Origin: Phycisphaerae bacterium
GTDB lineage: Bacteria; Planctomycetota; Phycisphaerae; UBA1845; Fen-1342
Direction: 5' to 3'
Length of the DNA: 64,000 bases
NCBI GenBank assembly: GCA_050115495.1
Contig: JASFQK010000001.1
Coordinates: 192,001-256,000 of the forward strand
Shown: positions 39,436 through 50,151 of the stretch, one piece after another
How positions within the stretch are numbered: the stretch's first letter is position 1
Layout: each line of letters begins with the position of its first letter
Program-made: the position numbers and the translations under genes
The notes under the pieces: generated by a model
What the model saw: only the letters and a program-made list of their open reading frames with translations
The model's database searches: none
Told to the model about the DNA's origin: nothing

Positions 39436-39687
39436 TCAGCAGACCGCTTCGACGCTCTTGATCTCCGGAATGCGCTCGCGAACGTAGCGCTCGACGCCCA
39501 TCTTGAGCGTCATGGCGCTGTGGGGGCAGCCGACGCAGGCGCCTTGCAGGCGGACGTGGACGACGCCGTCGGTGATACTGACCAGTTCGATGTCGCCGCC
39601 GTCGCCCTGGATGTAGGGGCGGATACTCTCGATGACTTCGGCCACGCGCTGCTGGAGCGAGCCGTCTGATGCGCTCTGGTCTGCCAT
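39436..39687 (-). CDS. NifU/NfuA-like Fe-S carrier (single domain)
   Basis: IRPYIQGDGGDIELV...LQGACVGCPHSAMTLKMGVE. Confidence 0.93.
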   Translation of the reverse strand: MADQSASDGSLQQRVAEVIESIRPYIQGDGGDIELVSITDGVVHVRLQGACVGCPHSAMTLKMGVERYVRERIPEIKSVEAVC

Positions 39688-40101
39688 GCTGAAGGTGCTC
39701 CGTGAGAAGAGGGAGCCGGCTCGCCGCCGGCGGTAACGCCGTCTGAGGGGAGCTTACAGAATGGCTTGCGGGAGGACAAGGATGGGGGTGCGGGGAGGGA
39801 GCGGCCGGCCGCGCAGGATGTGCGCGTGAACCTGATCTCTGTGGTCGGGAATGGCCGTTCGGGGGCGGGGTGGCACACATTGGCTCGTGCCTGGCGCAGC
39901 GATGGACGATACGAAAACTATCGAATTCGGGCACGCTTTGACCTTGTGCCCGGGTTCTCGGCCCCGCGCCGGGTGGCGGGGGCACATCCAACGGGTGCCT
40001 GTTGACGCGGACACGGCAGATCGGGCCCCGACCGGGCGACGTCGCCGGGCTAGGGGAGGTGCTGCGCGAATCGCGCGCACGCCAGGTCGCATGTTGCGAG
40101 G

Positions 40102-41391
40102 GTGGCCGTGGCAGCGATAGCTGCGACGCTGACGAGATGGTGGCGCTGGGCCGCGTGGCCGGTCCGGGTGTGTCTGCCCGCGCTGGCCACCGTAGTCCTC
40201 TTCGCCATCGTTCTTCTGCTGATCATGGTGCCGACGCTGGAGCGGAGCATCATCGAGCGGAAGAAGGAGACGGTGCGGCGGCTGACCGAGGCGGCCTGGA
40301 GTGTGCTGGCCGAATGTCACGCCGAGGAGCTGGCAGGGCGGGCGACACGGGAGGAAGCCCAGGCGGCGGCGATCGAACAGATCGACCATATGCGCTACGG
40401 CCCGGGCATGAAGGACTATTTCTGGATTAACGATACGGGGGCGCACATGGTGGCGCATCCGTACCGGCCGGACCTTGTCGGCCACGACCTGACCGACATG
40501 ACCGATCCGGGTGGCAAGCGTCTGTTCGCCGTGGTCGCCGAGACCGGGCGCGATGGGGGCGAGGGTTTCGTCGAGTACCACTGGCAGCGGCTGGACGACA
40601 GCAGCCGGATTGAACCCAAGGTGTCCTATGTGAAGGGCTTTGCGCCGTGGGGCTGGGTGGTCGGCACCGGGCTGTACGTCGAGGACGTGAAGGCCGAGGT
40701 GGCGGCGCTGACCCGCAAGCTGATGCTACTCTCCTCGGGCATACTGGTGCTGGTGCTGCTGCTGTCGGGGTGGATCGTCTGGCAGATCGTGGCAGCCGAG
40801 CGGCGGCGGCGGCGGGCGGAGGAGGGTTTGCTCGCGGAACGTCGGCAGTTGCTGTCGATCTTCGACAGCATCGACGAGCCCATCTACGTCAGCGACCCGC
40901 GGACGTACGAGCTGCTGTACGCGAACGAGTCGTGCCGGCAGCGCTGGGGCGCTGAGACCGGCCAACCCTGCTACAAGACGCTGCACGGGCAGGACAGGCC
41001 GTGCCCGTTCTGCACGAACGCGGAGATCTTCGGGACGAACGCGGGGCGGATCCATGTGTGGGAGCTGCGCCGTCGGCAGGGGGACCGTTGGTACCGCTGC
41101 ATCGATAAGGCCATCGACTGGCCGGGCGAGCAACTCGTGCGGCTGGAGATGGCGGTGGACATTACCGAGCGCAAACGGGCCGAGGACGAGTTGCAGCACC
41201 GCGTGCAGGAGACCACCGAAGCCCGGCGGCGGCTGGAGGTGCTGGTCAGCAACATCGCCGGCCGCGAGCGGCGCATGGTCGAGCTCAAACATGAGGTGAA
41301 CGAGCTGCTGCTGGCGCTCGGGCGATCGGTGAAGTACCGGGCCCCGGAAGAGACGGCGGAGCTGCGGGCCGCCGCGGCACCCCAGACGTGA
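40102..41391 (+). CDS. Membrane sensor: TM-single Cache(2)-TM-PAS-coiled coil, no catalytic output domain
   Basis: RYG...DYFWIND...MVAHP...PKVSYVKGFAPWGWVVGTGLY; PAS/PAC ending DITERKRAE; C-terminal GRERRMVELKHEVNELL. Confidence 0.88.
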   Translation: MAVAAIAATLTRWWRWAAWPVRVCLPALATVVLFAIVLLLIMVPTLERSIIERKKETVRRLTEAAWSVLAECHAEELAGRATREEAQAAAIEQIDHMRYGPGMKDYFWINDTGAHMVAHPYRPDLVGHDLTDMTDPGGKRLFAVVAETGRDGGEGFVEYHWQRLDDSSRIEPKVSYVKGFAPWGWVVGTGLYVEDVKAEVAALTRKLMLLSSGILVLVLLLSGWIVWQIVAAERRRRRAEEGLLAERRQLLSIFDSIDEPIYVSDPRTYELLYANESCRQRWGAETGQPCYKTLHGQDRPCPFCTNAEIFGTNAGRIHVWELRRRQGDRWYRCIDKAIDWPGEQLVRLEMAVDITERKRAEDELQHRVQETTEARRRLEVLVSNIAGRERRMVELKHEVNELLLALGRSVKYRAPEETAELRAAAAPQT

Positions 41392-41402
41392 GGAAGACGG
41401 CC

Positions 41403-42341
41403 ATGTCCGTGACGCTCTACTGGTTGCAGTGTGGCGGATGCGGCGGCGACAGCATGTCGCTGCTCGGCACCGAGTCGCCGGATCTCGTCGAAATGCTGGC
41501 CCTGGCGGACGTGCGCCTGCTGTGGCATCCGTCGCTGTCGTCGGCCACGCCGCAGGAGCACGAGGCGCTGCTGCAAGCCCTGTTGGATGGACGGAAGCCG
41601 CTGGACGTGTTGTGTCTGGAGGGGGCGATCGTCCGCGGACCGAGCGGCACAGGGATGTATGACCTGCATAACGGTAAGCCGAAGAAGGACCTGGTGGCCG
41701 GTTTGGCGCAGCGGGCGCGGCACGTCGTGGCCGTCGGCACCTGTGCCAGCTTCGGCGGCATCGGGGCCGGCGGAGAGATCGAAGCCTGCGGTGCGCAGTA
41801 CCTCCGCTATGAGAAGGGCGGTTTTCTGGGGAAGTCGTTCACCGCCGGCAGCAGCCAGCCCGTGATCAACCTGCCCGGTTGCCCCTGCCACTGCGACGTG
41901 GTGGTCAGCGTGCTGGGCGCGCTGGCGGCGGGGGAGGACGTGGAGCTGGGCGAGTACAACATGCCCGAGCTGTGGTACGGCCTGCTCGTGCACCAGGGCT
42001 GCACGCGCAACGAGTACCACGAGTACCGCGTCGAGGAGCAGGACTTCGGCGAGAAGGGCTGCCTGTTCTTCCACATGGGCTGTCACGGGCCGCTGGTGTA
42101 CGGGCCGTGCAACAAAGTGCTGTGGAATCGGCGAAGCTCGAAGACGCGGGCCGGCGTGCCCTGCTTCGGCTGCACGCGGCCGGACTTCCCGCAGGCCTAC
42201 CCCTTCTTCCGCACCGAGAACATCGAGGGGATCCCGAAGCAGCTTCCGGACGGCGTCGACCGGGCGCATTACCTGGCCTACAAAGGCATGGCCGCGGCGG
42301 CCGCACCGCAACGGCTGAGGGTACGCAAGACCCGCGTATAG
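41403..42341 (+). CDS. Sensory-type (group 2) [NiFe]-hydrogenase small subunit, HupU/HoxB-like
   Basis: No Tat leader; WLQCGGCGGD, GTCASFGG, INLPGCP, VHQGCTRNEY, GCLFFHMGCHGP, PCFGC. Confidence 0.9.
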   Translation: MSVTLYWLQCGGCGGDSMSLLGTESPDLVEMLALADVRLLWHPSLSSATPQEHEALLQALLDGRKPLDVLCLEGAIVRGPSGTGMYDLHNGKPKKDLVAGLAQRARHVVAVGTCASFGGIGAGGEIEACGAQYLRYEKGGFLGKSFTAGSSQPVINLPGCPCHCDVVVSVLGALAAGEDVELGEYNMPELWYGLLVHQGCTRNEYHEYRVEEQDFGEKGCLFFHMGCHGPLVYGPCNKVLWNRRSSKTRAGVPCFGCTRPDFPQAYPFFRTENIEGIPKQLPDGVDRAHYLAYKGMAAAAAPQRLRVRKTRV

Positions 42342-42356
42342 GATAGGGAGCCTCTC

Positions 42357-43922
42357 GTGACCGAGACCATCGCTTGCACAGCGCCGCCGGATGTGGTCCG
42401 GAAGACGAAGACGCTGAACGTGCCGCTGAACCGCGTCGAGGGGGACCTGGAGATCCGCGTCGCTTTGGAGGACGGCCGGGTCGCCGACGCCTGGAGTGCG
42501 GGCACGATGTACCGCGGGATCGAGAACATGCTCGTCGGCCGCGGGGCGCTCGACGGGTTGGTCATCACGCCGCGCGTCTGCGGCATCTGCACGACGGCGC
42601 ATCTGACGGCGGCGGCGAAGGCCCTGGACGCCATCTCCGGCGCGCAGTTGCCGCCGGACGCGGTGCGCATCCGCAACGTGGCCCTGATGACCGAGCTGGT
42701 GCAGAGCGACGTCCGGCAGCCGGTGCTGATGTTCATGGCGGACTTCGCCGGGGCGTGGCACGCGGAAGAGCCGCTGCATGCCGAGGCCGTCCGGCGGTAC
42801 GCCCCGCTGAAGGGCGAGACGGCGATGGAGGTGATCCGCGAGACGAAGAAGGTGATCGAGATTGTGGCCATCCTCGGTGGGCAGTGGCCGCACTCATCGT
42901 ACATGGTGCCCGGCGGCGTGGTCACGCTGCCCAACGCTGCCGACCTGCAGCAATGTCGCCAGTTGCTGGCGAGCTATCGAGCCTGGTACGAGCGGCGGAT
43001 CCTGGGCTGCTCGCTGGAGCGCTGGCAGGCGGTGGCCAGTGCGGCGGACCTGGAGGCGTGGCTGGCAGAAAGCACCGCCCATCGCGACAGCGACCTCGGC
43101 TTCTTCATCCGTTATGGGCGGCAGCTCGGGCTCGAGCAGATCGGCGGCGGGTACGGGAACTTCCTGAGCTTCGGCGGGCTGGACCTGCCGGCGGGGACGG
43201 CGGTGTCGCCGTGGGTCGCGGGGCAGGCCGGTCTGCTGCCGGCGGGGTATGCCGACGGCAACGGCGTGCAGCCGTTCGCCCAGGAGCTGGTGAGCGAGCA
43301 CGTGGCGCACTCGTGGTTCATGGATTACGCCGGCGGGCGGCACCCGTTCGAGGGGGAGACGCGGCCGTACGCTACGGGTGGCGAAGGGACGAAATACTCG
43401 TGGGCCAAGGCGCCGCGCTACAGCGGTCAACCCGCGGAGGTCGGGCCGCTGGCGGAGATGATCATCGCCGGCCGGCCGCTGTTTGCAGACCTGGTGCGCC
43501 GTAACGGACCGAACGCGCTGGTTCGCGTGCTGGCCCGGCTGGTGCGGCCGGCGGAGCTGTTCGAGCCGCTGGCGTGCTGGCTGCGCGAGATCGAGGTGGA
43601 CGGCACGTACTACGTGTCGGCGGGGCAGATCGGCGCCGGCCGGGGCTGCGGCCTGACGGAGGCGACGCGCGGGGCGCTGGGGCACTGGGTCGAGATCGCT
43701 GACGGGCGGATTCAGCGTTACCAGATCATCACACCGACGGCGTGGAACGGCTCGCCACGGGATGCGGGTGATGTGCGCGGTCCGTGGGAGGAAGCGCTGG
43801 TCGGCACACCCGTGCGGGATCCGGCAAGCCCGGTGGAGCTGGGCTACGTGGTGCGGTCGTTCGATCCGTGCCTGGTGTGCACGGTGCACACGGTGCGGGT
43901 GCGGCCGGGACGAGGAGGATAA
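42357..43922 (+). CDS. Sensory-type (group 2) [NiFe]-hydrogenase large subunit, HupV/HoxC-like
   Basis: NRVEGDLE; L1 [19 protein letters not shown]2 [12 protein letters not shown] followed by 10 residues. Confidence 0.92.
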   Translation: MTETIACTAPPDVVRKTKTLNVPLNRVEGDLEIRVALEDGRVADAWSAGTMYRGIENMLVGRGALDGLVITPRVCGICTTAHLTAAAKALDAISGAQLPPDAVRIRNVALMTELVQSDVRQPVLMFMADFAGAWHAEEPLHAEAVRRYAPLKGETAMEVIRETKKVIEIVAILGGQWPHSSYMVPGGVVTLPNAADLQQCRQLLASYRAWYERRILGCSLERWQAVASAADLEAWLAESTAHRDSDLGFFIRYGRQLGLEQIGGGYGNFLSFGGLDLPAGTAVSPWVAGQAGLLPAGYADGNGVQPFAQELVSEHVAHSWFMDYAGGRHPFEGETRPYATGGEGTKYSWAKAPRYSGQPAEVGPLAEMIIAGRPLFADLVRRNGPNALVRVLARLVRPAELFEPLACWLREIEVDGTYYVSAGQIGAGRGCGLTEATRGALGHWVEIADGRIQRYQIITPTAWNGSPRDAGDVRGPWEEALVGTPVRDPASPVELGYVVRSFDPCLVCTVHTVRVRPGRGG

Positions 43923-43930
43923 CCGGGCAT

Positions 43931-45496
<1,566 letters not shown>

Positions 45497-45542
45497 ACAA
45501 ACGACAGGTAGTATCCGCCATAAGAAACGCCGGCGGGGCAAG

Positions 45543-45616
45543 TGCGCCAGACGGGATTCGAACCCGTACTTGGAGGATTTTAAGTCCTCTGCCTCTGCCA
45601 TTTGGGCTACTGGCGC
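45543..45616 (-). tRNA. tRNA-Leu(UAA), 74 nt, short variable loop, CCA not encoded
   Basis: GCGCCAG acceptor stem; anticodon arm GAGGA-CTTAAAA-TCCTC; T arm ACGGG-TTCGAAT-CCCGT; discriminator A. Confidence 0.93.
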
Positions 45617-45789
45617 TGGTGACGCAAAGCCGTAGCGACGGCGCCCATTCTACGCGTTCGGCGCAGCGCGCACAGCGGGATCGGCCGGCGGCGGGGTGGT
45701 CGGCCGGCGGCGGGGCGGTTACCCTGCGTCAGGCGGCGCCGGGCGTGCGGTGCCGCAAATGACGTCATGGCTGTTTTGGGGTGTTCACC

Positions 45790-47031
45790 ATGAGCGGTCG
45801 CTTTCACGCCTTGCTGGTAATCGTTTTGTCGATGTCGGTGGCGGGTCTCTCGGGGTGCGCGCTCGGGCCGACGGCATTGCGCGTCAGCCGGACCGCCTAT
45901 AACGAGGCCGTGCAGCGCACTACGGCCGAGCAACTGCTGCTGAACCTCGTGCGCCTGCAATATCGCGAGGCGCCGCTGTTCCTCGAAATGGGCAATATCG
46001 CCACGCAGTTCACCTTCGAGGGCGGCGGCAGCATCGGTCAGACGATCAACCAGAACATCCCGCGCGAGGAGCCGACGCCGGATGTCTGGGAATGGGGCGC
46101 GAACGTCGGCTACCGCGAGCAGCCGACGCTGACCTTTTCCCCGCTGCAAGGGGACGATTTCGTGCGGCGGCTGCTGTCGCCGGTGTCGCTGGACAGCATG
46201 CTGCTGCTGACGCGTTCGGGCTGGCGGATCGACCGCGTGCTGCGGATCTGCGTGCAGCAGATGAACGGATTGGACAACGCCTCGAACGCGTCCAGCCCGA
46301 CGCCGCAACTGGCCCCGGAGTTCGAGGACCTGGCCCGGGTCAGCGAGGCCCTGCGCGATTTGCAGAAAGAGCGGCTGCTGGAATTGACCACCGAGCTGCG
46401 CTACCGCGCCGTGGAAGAACTGCCAGTCCGGACCGAGCTGACTCAGGAGGACGTGCTGGGGGCGGAGAAGGCGGGATACGTGTTTCGGCCGGCGGATGGC
46501 GGCGGATACGTGCTGTGCAAGCCGGTGTACGAGGTCGTGTGGCGCATTCCCCTCGACCGTCGTTCGGCCGAGGTGCAGGCGGCGGTCGAGCTGCTCGGGT
46601 TGGATGCGAACGAGACGGAGTACGTGGTCGAGGGACAGGGCAGCAGCGCCGCCCTGGTGTCCACGATGCCGGCGAGCAAGAAGATCCGGCTGGAGACACG
46701 TTCGCTGTTGGGGACGCTGTTCTACCTGTCGCAGGGGATCGATGTGCCCGAGGCGCATCGGCGGGCGGGCGTCGTGACCACGACGGTGCGGGCGGACGGC
46801 GAGCCGTTCGACTGGTCGGACGTGATGGGCGACCTGCTGCACGTGCGTTCGCAACGGCTGCCGCCGAAGAACGCGGCTGTGGCGGTGCTGTACCGCGGGT
46901 ATTGGTTCTACATCGACGATGCCGACCTGTCGTCGAAATCGACGTTCGCCCTGCTGGGGCAGTTGTTCGCGTTGCAGGCCGGCCAGGAAGCGCTGAGCGG
47001 CCCGGTGCTGACGTTGCCGATCGGCGGTTGA
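45790..47031 (+). CDS. Conserved-looking hypothetical lipoprotein
   Basis: Lipobox LSG-C; YNEAVQ...QLLLNLVRLQY; YRGYWFYIDDADLSSKSTF. Confidence 0.75.
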   Translation: MSGRFHALLVIVLSMSVAGLSGCALGPTALRVSRTAYNEAVQRTTAEQLLLNLVRLQYREAPLFLEMGNIATQFTFEGGGSIGQTINQNIPREEPTPDVWEWGANVGYREQPTLTFSPLQGDDFVRRLLSPVSLDSMLLLTRSGWRIDRVLRICVQQMNGLDNASNASSPTPQLAPEFEDLARVSEALRDLQKERLLELTTELRYRAVEELPVRTELTQEDVLGAEKAGYVFRPADGGGYVLCKPVYEVVWRIPLDRRSAEVQAAVELLGLDANETEYVVEGQGSSAALVSTMPASKKIRLETRSLLGTLFYLSQGIDVPEAHRRAGVVTTTVRADGEPFDWSDVMGDLLHVRSQRLPPKNAAVAVLYRGYWFYIDDADLSSKSTFALLGQLFALQAGQEALSGPVLTLPIGG

Positions 47032-47047
47032 GCGCGGGAGTCGGCGG

Positions 47048-47076
47048 CACTGGTGGGCAAGCCACCAGTGGCACCC
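47048..47076 (+). repeat. REP-like palindrome CACTGGTGG-N5-CCACCAGTG-GCACCC
   Basis: Perfect 9-bp stem; identical to the copy at 51611-51639. Confidence 0.9.
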
Positions 47077-47117
47077 GAGCATCATCCAGGATTCACGGAC
47101 CCAGAGAGGTATACACC

Positions 47118-48839
47118 ATGGCCGTGGTGGTCGCGGATGAGACACAGGCGCCGGAATTCCCCAGGCAATACGTGGCGGCGGATGCCGACCTGGGCGACTG
47201 GGCCGTCGCCGAGCGCTATTACCGCGAGTTGCTGGAGCGCCCGGTATCGACGGACGCCGAGGTGGAGAAGTGGCTCATCGACGCCGGCGAATTGGAGGCC
47301 GGCCTCGACGAGGAGCGGGCCCGCCGCTACGTCGCCAGCACCTGCCACACCGACGATCCCTCGACGCAGCAGCGCTACCTGGAGTTCATCGAGCACGTGC
47401 ACGCGGCGGCCCGGCCGTGGCATGACAAGCTCGAGCGCCGGCTGATCGAGCTGGCCGAGCGTTACCCGTTGCCGCCGCGGCGCTATGAGGTCTTGCTGCG
47501 CAGCGCCCGCAACGCCGTCGCCCTCTATCGCGACGCGAACGTGCCGCTGGAGACCGAAGACGCCCGCTTCACCACCGAGCATCAGCAGATCACCGGGGCG
47601 ATGACCTGTCAGTACGAGGGTCGCGAGCAGACCCTACCCGAGATGGTCCGTTACCTGGAGGAGCCGGACCACCGCGTGCGCGAGGAGGCCTGGCGGCTCG
47701 TCGCCGACCGCTGCCAGCAGGACGCGACGCGGCTGGACGACCTGTACGTGCGGATGGTGCAGCTCCGCCGAAAGATGGCCGAAAACGCGGGCTGCGCCGA
47801 CTACCGCGATTACATGTTCAAGCGCATGGAGCGCTTCGACTACACGCCCGACGACTGCCTGCGCTTCCACGACGCCATCGAGGAAATCGTCGTGCCGGCC
47901 GTCAGTGAACTGGCCCGGCGGCGACGCGAGAAGCTGGGTTTGGCGTCGCTACGGCCCTGGGACATGCAGGTCGACATCGAGCAGCGCCCACCGCTACGGC
48001 CGTTCGAGACGGTGGACGAGCTGATCGAAGGCTGCCGGCGGGTTTTCCACAACGTGCATCCTGAACTGGGCCGCGTGCTGGAGACGATGCGCGACCGCAG
48101 GCTGCTCGACCTCGCCAGCCGTTCGGGCAAGGCACCCGGCGGCTACCAGGAGACGTTCGACGAGCAGCGCGTGCCGTTCATCTTCATGAATGCCGTCGGC
48201 ACGGACAACGACGTGCGCACGCTGCTGCACGAGGGCGGCCACGCCTTCCACACCTGGGCCTGCCGCAACGAGCCGCTGCCGGCGTACCGCAGCGCCAACA
48301 TCGAGTTCGCCGAGGTGGCCTCGATGGGCATGGAGTGCCTGGCTTTGCCGCACCTGCCGCTCTTCTTCGGCGACGACACGGGCCGGGCCACGCGGCAGTT
48401 CTTCGAGCGCCTCGTCCGCTTCTTCCCGTACATGGCCTGCGTCGACGCTTTCCAGCATCACGTCTACACGCACGTGGACGACGGCCTGGAAAGCTGGAAG
48501 GACTACTGGCAGGGCCTCACCCGCCGGTTCACGCCGGACATCGATCTCGGCGGCCTCGAAGTGTACGACCGCCACGGCTGGCAGCGCAAGCTGCACGTGT
48601 TCCAGGTGCCGTTCTACTACGTTGAGTACGGCATCGCCCAGCTCGGGGCACTCCAGGTGTGGCTGAACTCGCGGCGGGACTACGATGAGGCGGTGGCTTT
48701 GTACCGCTACGGGCTGACTCTGGGCGGCTCGCGGCCGCTGCCCGAGCTGTTCGCCGCCGCCGGCTGCCGGTTCGACTTCTCGGCGGCGACGCTTCGCCCA
48801 CTGATCGAGGCGGTGATGGAGCAGCTCGCCGAGGGCTAG
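47118..48839 (+). CDS. M3 family oligoendopeptidase (PepF-like)
   Basis: GKAPGGY, PFIFMN, HEGGHAFH, EFAEVASMGME, HVFQVPFYYVEY. Confidence 0.93.
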   Translation: MAVVVADETQAPEFPRQYVAADADLGDWAVAERYYRELLERPVSTDAEVEKWLIDAGELEAGLDEERARRYVASTCHTDDPSTQQRYLEFIEHVHAAARPWHDKLERRLIELAERYPLPPRRYEVLLRSARNAVALYRDANVPLETEDARFTTEHQQITGAMTCQYEGREQTLPEMVRYLEEPDHRVREEAWRLVADRCQQDATRLDDLYVRMVQLRRKMAENAGCADYRDYMFKRMERFDYTPDDCLRFHDAIEEIVVPAVSELARRRREKLGLASLRPWDMQVDIEQRPPLRPFETVDELIEGCRRVFHNVHPELGRVLETMRDRRLLDLASRSGKAPGGYQETFDEQRVPFIFMNAVGTDNDVRTLLHEGGHAFHTWACRNEPLPAYRSANIEFAEVASMGMECLALPHLPLFFGDDTGRATRQFFERLVRFFPYMACVDAFQHHVYTHVDDGLESWKDYWQGLTRRFTPDIDLGGLEVYDRHGWQRKLHVFQVPFYYVEYGIAQLGALQVWLNSRRDYDEAVALYRYGLTLGGSRPLPELFAAAGCRFDFSAATLRPLIEAVMEQLAEG

Positions 48840-48940
48840 GGGGCCGTGGGAACGGCCACTGGCCGCCGGCCGGGTGAGCGAGTATCTTCCGATCGTCAGG
48901 ATTGGCGACGGCCGTCGCGCAGCGAAAAAAAAAACACCGG

Positions 48941-48969
48941 CACTGGTGGACAAGCCACCAGTGGCACCC
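48941..48969 (+). repeat. REP-like palindrome CACTGGTGG-N5-CCACCAGTG-GCACCC
   Basis: cactggtggacaagccaccagtggcaccc, preceded by an A10 run. Confidence 0.9.
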
Positions 48970-49044
48970 GGTGTGTCGGCCGTCGCATGGCAGGATGCCA
49001 TCGTCAGGAACGGAGCCCGAGGGACGGAGCCCAGGAGGTGTTAC

Positions 49045-50151
49045 GTGCGGTACTCGCAGCGGAAGCGGCGGAATCGGTTCGTTATCCCGGTCGTATTGCT
49101 GGTGGTCGCGGGTGCGGTCGGCGGATGGTGGTATTCCGGCGGATTGCGCTCGGTCTGGCCGGCCAGTGCATCGGCCGTCAGTGAGACGCCGCCCGCGGAA
49201 CCGGCTCCGCAGGAAGAGAAGCCGATCGTGGTGACCTTGCCGGAGGCCGGCGATCAGACGGTCGCGGCCGCGCCGGATTATTCGGAAGATGAAGTGCTGG
49301 AACCAGTCGGGCAGGTGCTGCCCGGGCTGACGCTCGCCGAGACGGACGATCCGCCGGCCACTCCGCCTTCAGCAACGAATGAGCCCGCCGGCGATTCGAC
49401 CGGCAATCCGGCGATCGAGGCTTTGCAGCGGCGGATGAAGGCCGGCGAGACGCTGGCGGCTCGCAGCGGGCTGAACGCGATGCTGACGGAGAACCTGCCG
49501 CGAGCGGACAAGGCCGAAGTGCGGCGGCTGCTGACCGAACTCGGCGAGCAGACGATCTTCTCCCGGCGTTGCATACCGGGCGATCCGCTGGTGGGCGATT
49601 ACGTGGTGCAGTCGGGCGACGCGCTGGTGCGCATCGGTCGCGAATACCACGTGCCGGCCGAGACGCTGATGCGCATCAACGGCATCAGCGATCCGCGGCT
49701 GTTGCGGGCCGATCAGAAGATCAAGGTGCTGCGCGGGCCGTTCCACGTGCGGATCGAGAAGTCCGACTTTCGCATGGACGTGTACTTGCAGGACCAGTAC
49801 GTGCGCAGCTTCCGCGTCGGTCTCGGCGCCGATCAGGGCACGCCCGAGGGACAGTGGCGCGTGAAGGAGCGTCTGGAGAACCCGACGTATTACCCGCCGG
49901 CCTCGGCCGAGGTGAAGCGCGTGATTCCGCCGGGCGATCCGACGAATCCGCTGGGCGGGCACTGGATCGGACTGGAAGGGGTCAGCGGCGACGCCGTGGG
50001 CCGCGTCGGTTACGGCATTCACGGGACGATCGAGCCGGACTCGATCGGCAAGGCCGTCTCGATGGGTTGCGTGCGCATGCGCAACGAGGATGTGGCGCTG
50101 TTGTACGCGCTGCTACTGCCTGGTGAATCGACGGTGACGATCGTGCCATGA
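49045..50151 (+). CDS. L,D-transpeptidase (YkuD) with LysM domain and N-terminal membrane anchor
   Basis: RBS AGGAGG then GTG; LysM YVVQSGDALVRIG; YkuD GYGIHGT...SMGCVRMRN. Confidence 0.92.
   Translation: MRYSQRKRRNRFVIPVVLLVVAGAVGGWWYSGGLRSVWPASASAVSETPPAEPAPQEEKPIVVTLPEAGDQTVAAAPDYSEDEVLEPVGQVLPGLTLAETDDPPATPPSATNEPAGDSTGNPAIEALQRRMKAGETLAARSGLNAMLTENLPRADKAEVRRLLTELGEQTIFSRRCIPGDPLVGDYVVQSGDALVRIGREYHVPAETLMRINGISDPRLLRADQKIKVLRGPFHVRIEKSDFRMDVYLQDQYVRSFRVGLGADQGTPEGQWRVKERLENPTYYPPASAEVKRVIPPGDPTNPLGGHWIGLEGVSGDAVGRVGYGIHGTIEPDSIGKAVSMGCVRMRNEDVALLYALLLPGESTVTIVP

Noticed and set aside
39871..39885. Sigma-54 promoter TGGCACACATTGGCT upstream of the hydrogenase module
   Set aside because: GG-to-GC spacing is 9 nt rather than the strictly required 10.
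43860..43890. Selenocysteine in the hydrogenase L2 motif
   Set aside because: Both cysteines of DPCLVC are TGC codons; there is no in-frame TGA.
48925..48934. A10 homopolymer as a phase-variation tract in the L,D-transpeptidase
   Set aside because: It lies upstream of the likely start (GTG 49045 with AGGAGG), beside a REP, so it is not in the coding region.
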